Origin: a virus
Virus record (IMG/VR): IMGVR_UViG_3300045988_047309
Coordinates: 2,082-66,081 of that record
Strand: one strand, 5' to 3'
Length of the DNA stretch: 64,000 nucleotides
In this document: piece after piece, positions 62,548 to 64,000 of the stretch
Numbering within the stretch: position 1 is the first letter of the stretch
Layout of the letters: each line of letters starts with the position of its first letter
Notes under the pieces: generated by a model
Databases searched by the model: none
What the model saw: only the letters and a program-made list of their open reading frames with translations
What the model was told of the DNA's origin: nothing
Translations under genes and position numbers: made by a program

Positions 62548-63711
62548 TTACTTATCGAAGAACTTATCAATGAGTCCTACGGCTTCATCCTTCTTCTTGT
62601 CTATAATCTTAGCGTATATCTCGGTGGTGGCGATGTCTGTATGACCCAGTAGCTTGCTTGTCGTGTAGATGTCGGCTCCCAGTGTAAGCATCATTGTTGC
62701 AAAGGTGTGTCTGGCGCAATGGAAGGTGATCTTCTTCTTAATTCCAGCAGCTTCCACCCAGTCTTTAATCGTATAACATAGGCAGGAGTGCTGAACCAAT
62801 CCCCTGAATATCACATCATCCTCTCCCTTCTCAGGTAGCCACTTTATGGCTTCCTTAGAGAGTTGGTAGGTGATATTCTTCTTGGTCTTTGTCATTCTGA
62901 TTGTAAGTCTATACTTTTCCTCTCCATCTTCTGTATATGTCTCAATCTGAGACCATCTAAGTTTTCTTATGTCGGAGATTCTAAGGCCACAGAAACATGA
63001 GAACATGAAGGCATTCTTAACCAGAGGATATTTGCATTCCGTCTCAGCCAACAGTTTTACTTCGTCAATGCTTAAAAATTCCCTTTCGCTTTCAATAGCT
63101 TTAGGTAAATCATCTCTGGAAATATCCTGAGCAGGGTTATGCTTGATGATACCTTCTTCCACTGCAACCTTCAAGACCTTACATAGGTACTTGTAGTATG
63201 CAATGCAGGAATTAATATGAAGGTGTTCCTGACTCTGTCTTCTCATTCTATAGTCCCTGAGGTACTGCATAAATCCTTTGCAGTAGTTCTTGTCTATATC
63301 CTTCATCAGCACTTGGTCACCCTTATAGAGTAGGAGGTGCTTTTTCAGGATTTTTAGGATTCTGTTCGGGTCGCTGTCTGACGTTGATGTCTTCGCCTTC
63401 TTCTCAGCAAAGATGTCGATCACGTCAAAGAGTTTCATCTTGCTTTTGCTGGTTTCAAGTCCTGCCAGTCCGTTCTTGATGTCGAGCACACGCTGCGCCT
63501 TGATAACATTCGCTACTGCCATAGTCTCTGCATTCTTTCTTCTCGCCTCAGTTCTGTCTCTTCCCTTTTCGGGCACAAGATATAGTTTGAGGAACTCATA
63601 CTTACGCTTTCCATCTTGGTAAATATCAAGATAGATGCTCTGGTTTCCGTTTGCCAGTTCCTTGAATCTGATAGTGACTGGCTCTTTTTCGATTGTTTTC
63701 TTCCTTCCCAT
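62548..63711 (-). CDS. int: tyrosine recombinase / phage integrase (Bacteroidota type)
   Basis: N-terminal arm-binding pattern ITIRFKELANGNQSIYLDIY. Catalytic residues: GLRISDIRKLRW (R), HCARHTFAT (H..R), LLGHTDIATTEIYAKI (H, Y). Confidence 0.9.
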   Translation of the reverse strand: MGRKKTIEKEPVTIRFKELANGNQSIYLDIYQDGKRKYEFLKLYLVPEKGRDRTEARRKNAETMAVANVIKAQRVLDIKNGLAGLETSKSKMKLFDVIDIFAEKKAKTSTSDSDPNRILKILKKHLLLYKGDQVLMKDIDKNYCKGFMQYLRDYRMRRQSQEHLHINSCIAYYKYLCKVLKVAVEEGIIKHNPAQDISRDDLPKAIESEREFLSIDEVKLLAETECKYPLVKNAFMFSCFCGLRISDIRKLRWSQIETYTEDGEEKYRLTIRMTKTKKNITYQLSKEAIKWLPEKGEDDVIFRGLVQHSCLCYTIKDWVEAAGIKKKITFHCARHTFATMMLTLGADIYTTSKLLGHTDIATTEIYAKIIDKKKDEAVGLIDKFFDK

Positions 63712-63733
63712 AGCCTACAATTTTAAATCTGCT

Positions 63734-63741
63734 GCAAAGAT
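63734..63741 (-). promoter_or_regulatory. Bacteroidota -7 promoter box (TATCTTTG, minus strand) of int
   Basis: The + strand reads CAAAGATA, 23 nt upstream of the ATG at 63711. Confidence 0.5.
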
Positions 63742-63751
63742 AAGGAATATT

Positions 63752-63801
63752 TTTGTTACCATCAAGTGTTTTGGTAACAAATGAGTAACAAACGAGTAAC
63801 A
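63752..63801. repeat. GTAACAA repeats: one inverted copy plus three direct copies phased at 11 bp
   Basis: TTGTTACC at 63752-63759. GTAACAA at 63773, 63784 and 63795. A further inverted copy lies near 63932. Confidence 0.85.
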
Positions 63802-63807
63802 AAACTG

Positions 63808-63912
63808 CTATATATCTACTATATACCTACTAATATCTATCTGTTAAATAATTTGTATTTTTGGATAATAAAATACTGATATTCAGCTATTTGCCTATAT
63901 AGTAGATATATA
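63808..63912. repeat. 17-bp perfect inverted repeat (TATATATCTACTATATA / TATATAGTAGATATATA) flanking a 71-bp AT-rich spacer
   Basis: Arms at 63808-63824 and 63896-63912, read directly from the sequence. Confidence 0.85.
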
Positions 63913-64000
63913 ATAGGTAGTAGTTGTTACTTGGTTAAAAACTTTCGCTGCAAAAAGTCCATTATATACTTTTATTATTTATAAGTTGCTGATAATCAGT

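Noticed and set aside
1-64000. Genome-wide stop-codon reassignment (TAG or TGA recoding)
   Set aside because: Very long ORFs (5,086, 973, 714 and 678 codons) are uninterrupted under the standard code, and operon stops and starts are tightly coupled. Only one isolated in-frame TAG was seen (17181).
1-64000. CRISPR arrays, diversity-generating retroelement, retron, transposase/IS elements
   Set aside because: No regularly spaced direct repeats were seen. No reverse-transcriptase (YxDD) or transposase-like ORF was recognised near the tail-fibre genes or elsewhere.

Overview
The whole 64-kb window is phage DNA, from a temperate tailed phage or prophage. The host is probably Bacteroidota (Prevotella/Bacteroides-like). 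Evidence for that host: at least 10 copies of the Bacteroidota -7 promoter box TAnnTTTG in front of operons, a Bacteroidota-type tyrosine integrase, a CI-type repressor with AEWLLRGKGEM, and a DUF3127-like OB protein. Layout: (i) 1-17.0 kb (+): three virion-cargo genes, dominated by one uninterrupted 5,086-codon 'polyvalent' ORF. It carries BECR-RNase-like, HExxH peptidase, ART-like, pyrophosphatase-like and C5-methyltransferase modules, separated by a recurring [KR][FY]SL[KR] motif. (ii) 17.0-21.9 kb: an accessory island and an orphan six-gene operon. (iii) 21.9-30.3 kb (-): membrane-protein morons, a tail-fibre module, and terL with a rhomboid protease gene wedged between a terS-position gene and terL. 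(iv) 30.3-39.7 kb (+): scaffold, major capsid, portal, holin/GH19 endolysin/u-spanin, and three tandem paralogues. (v) 39.8-57.4 kb (-): a 973-aa structural protein, about 30 small early genes, a fragmented multi-TRD C5-methyltransferase carrying a G8 tract, VRR-NUC, DUF1367, an SSB-like protein, and an exonuclease plus ERF recombinase. (vi) 57.4-58.2 kb: a non-coding block with an aberrant tRNA (8-nt anticodon loop), followed by about 400 nt of structured, terminator-capped RNA candidate. (vii) 58.2-64 kb: the lysogeny switch (Rha/Ant, Cro-like, CI-like), a repressor-linked secreted retropepsin-TPR gene plus a membrane-protein gene, the integrase, and a repeat-rich att-like region. I saw no CRISPR array, rRNA, transposase or reverse transcriptase. 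All family assignments come from motifs read by eye; no HMM or BLAST search was possible.
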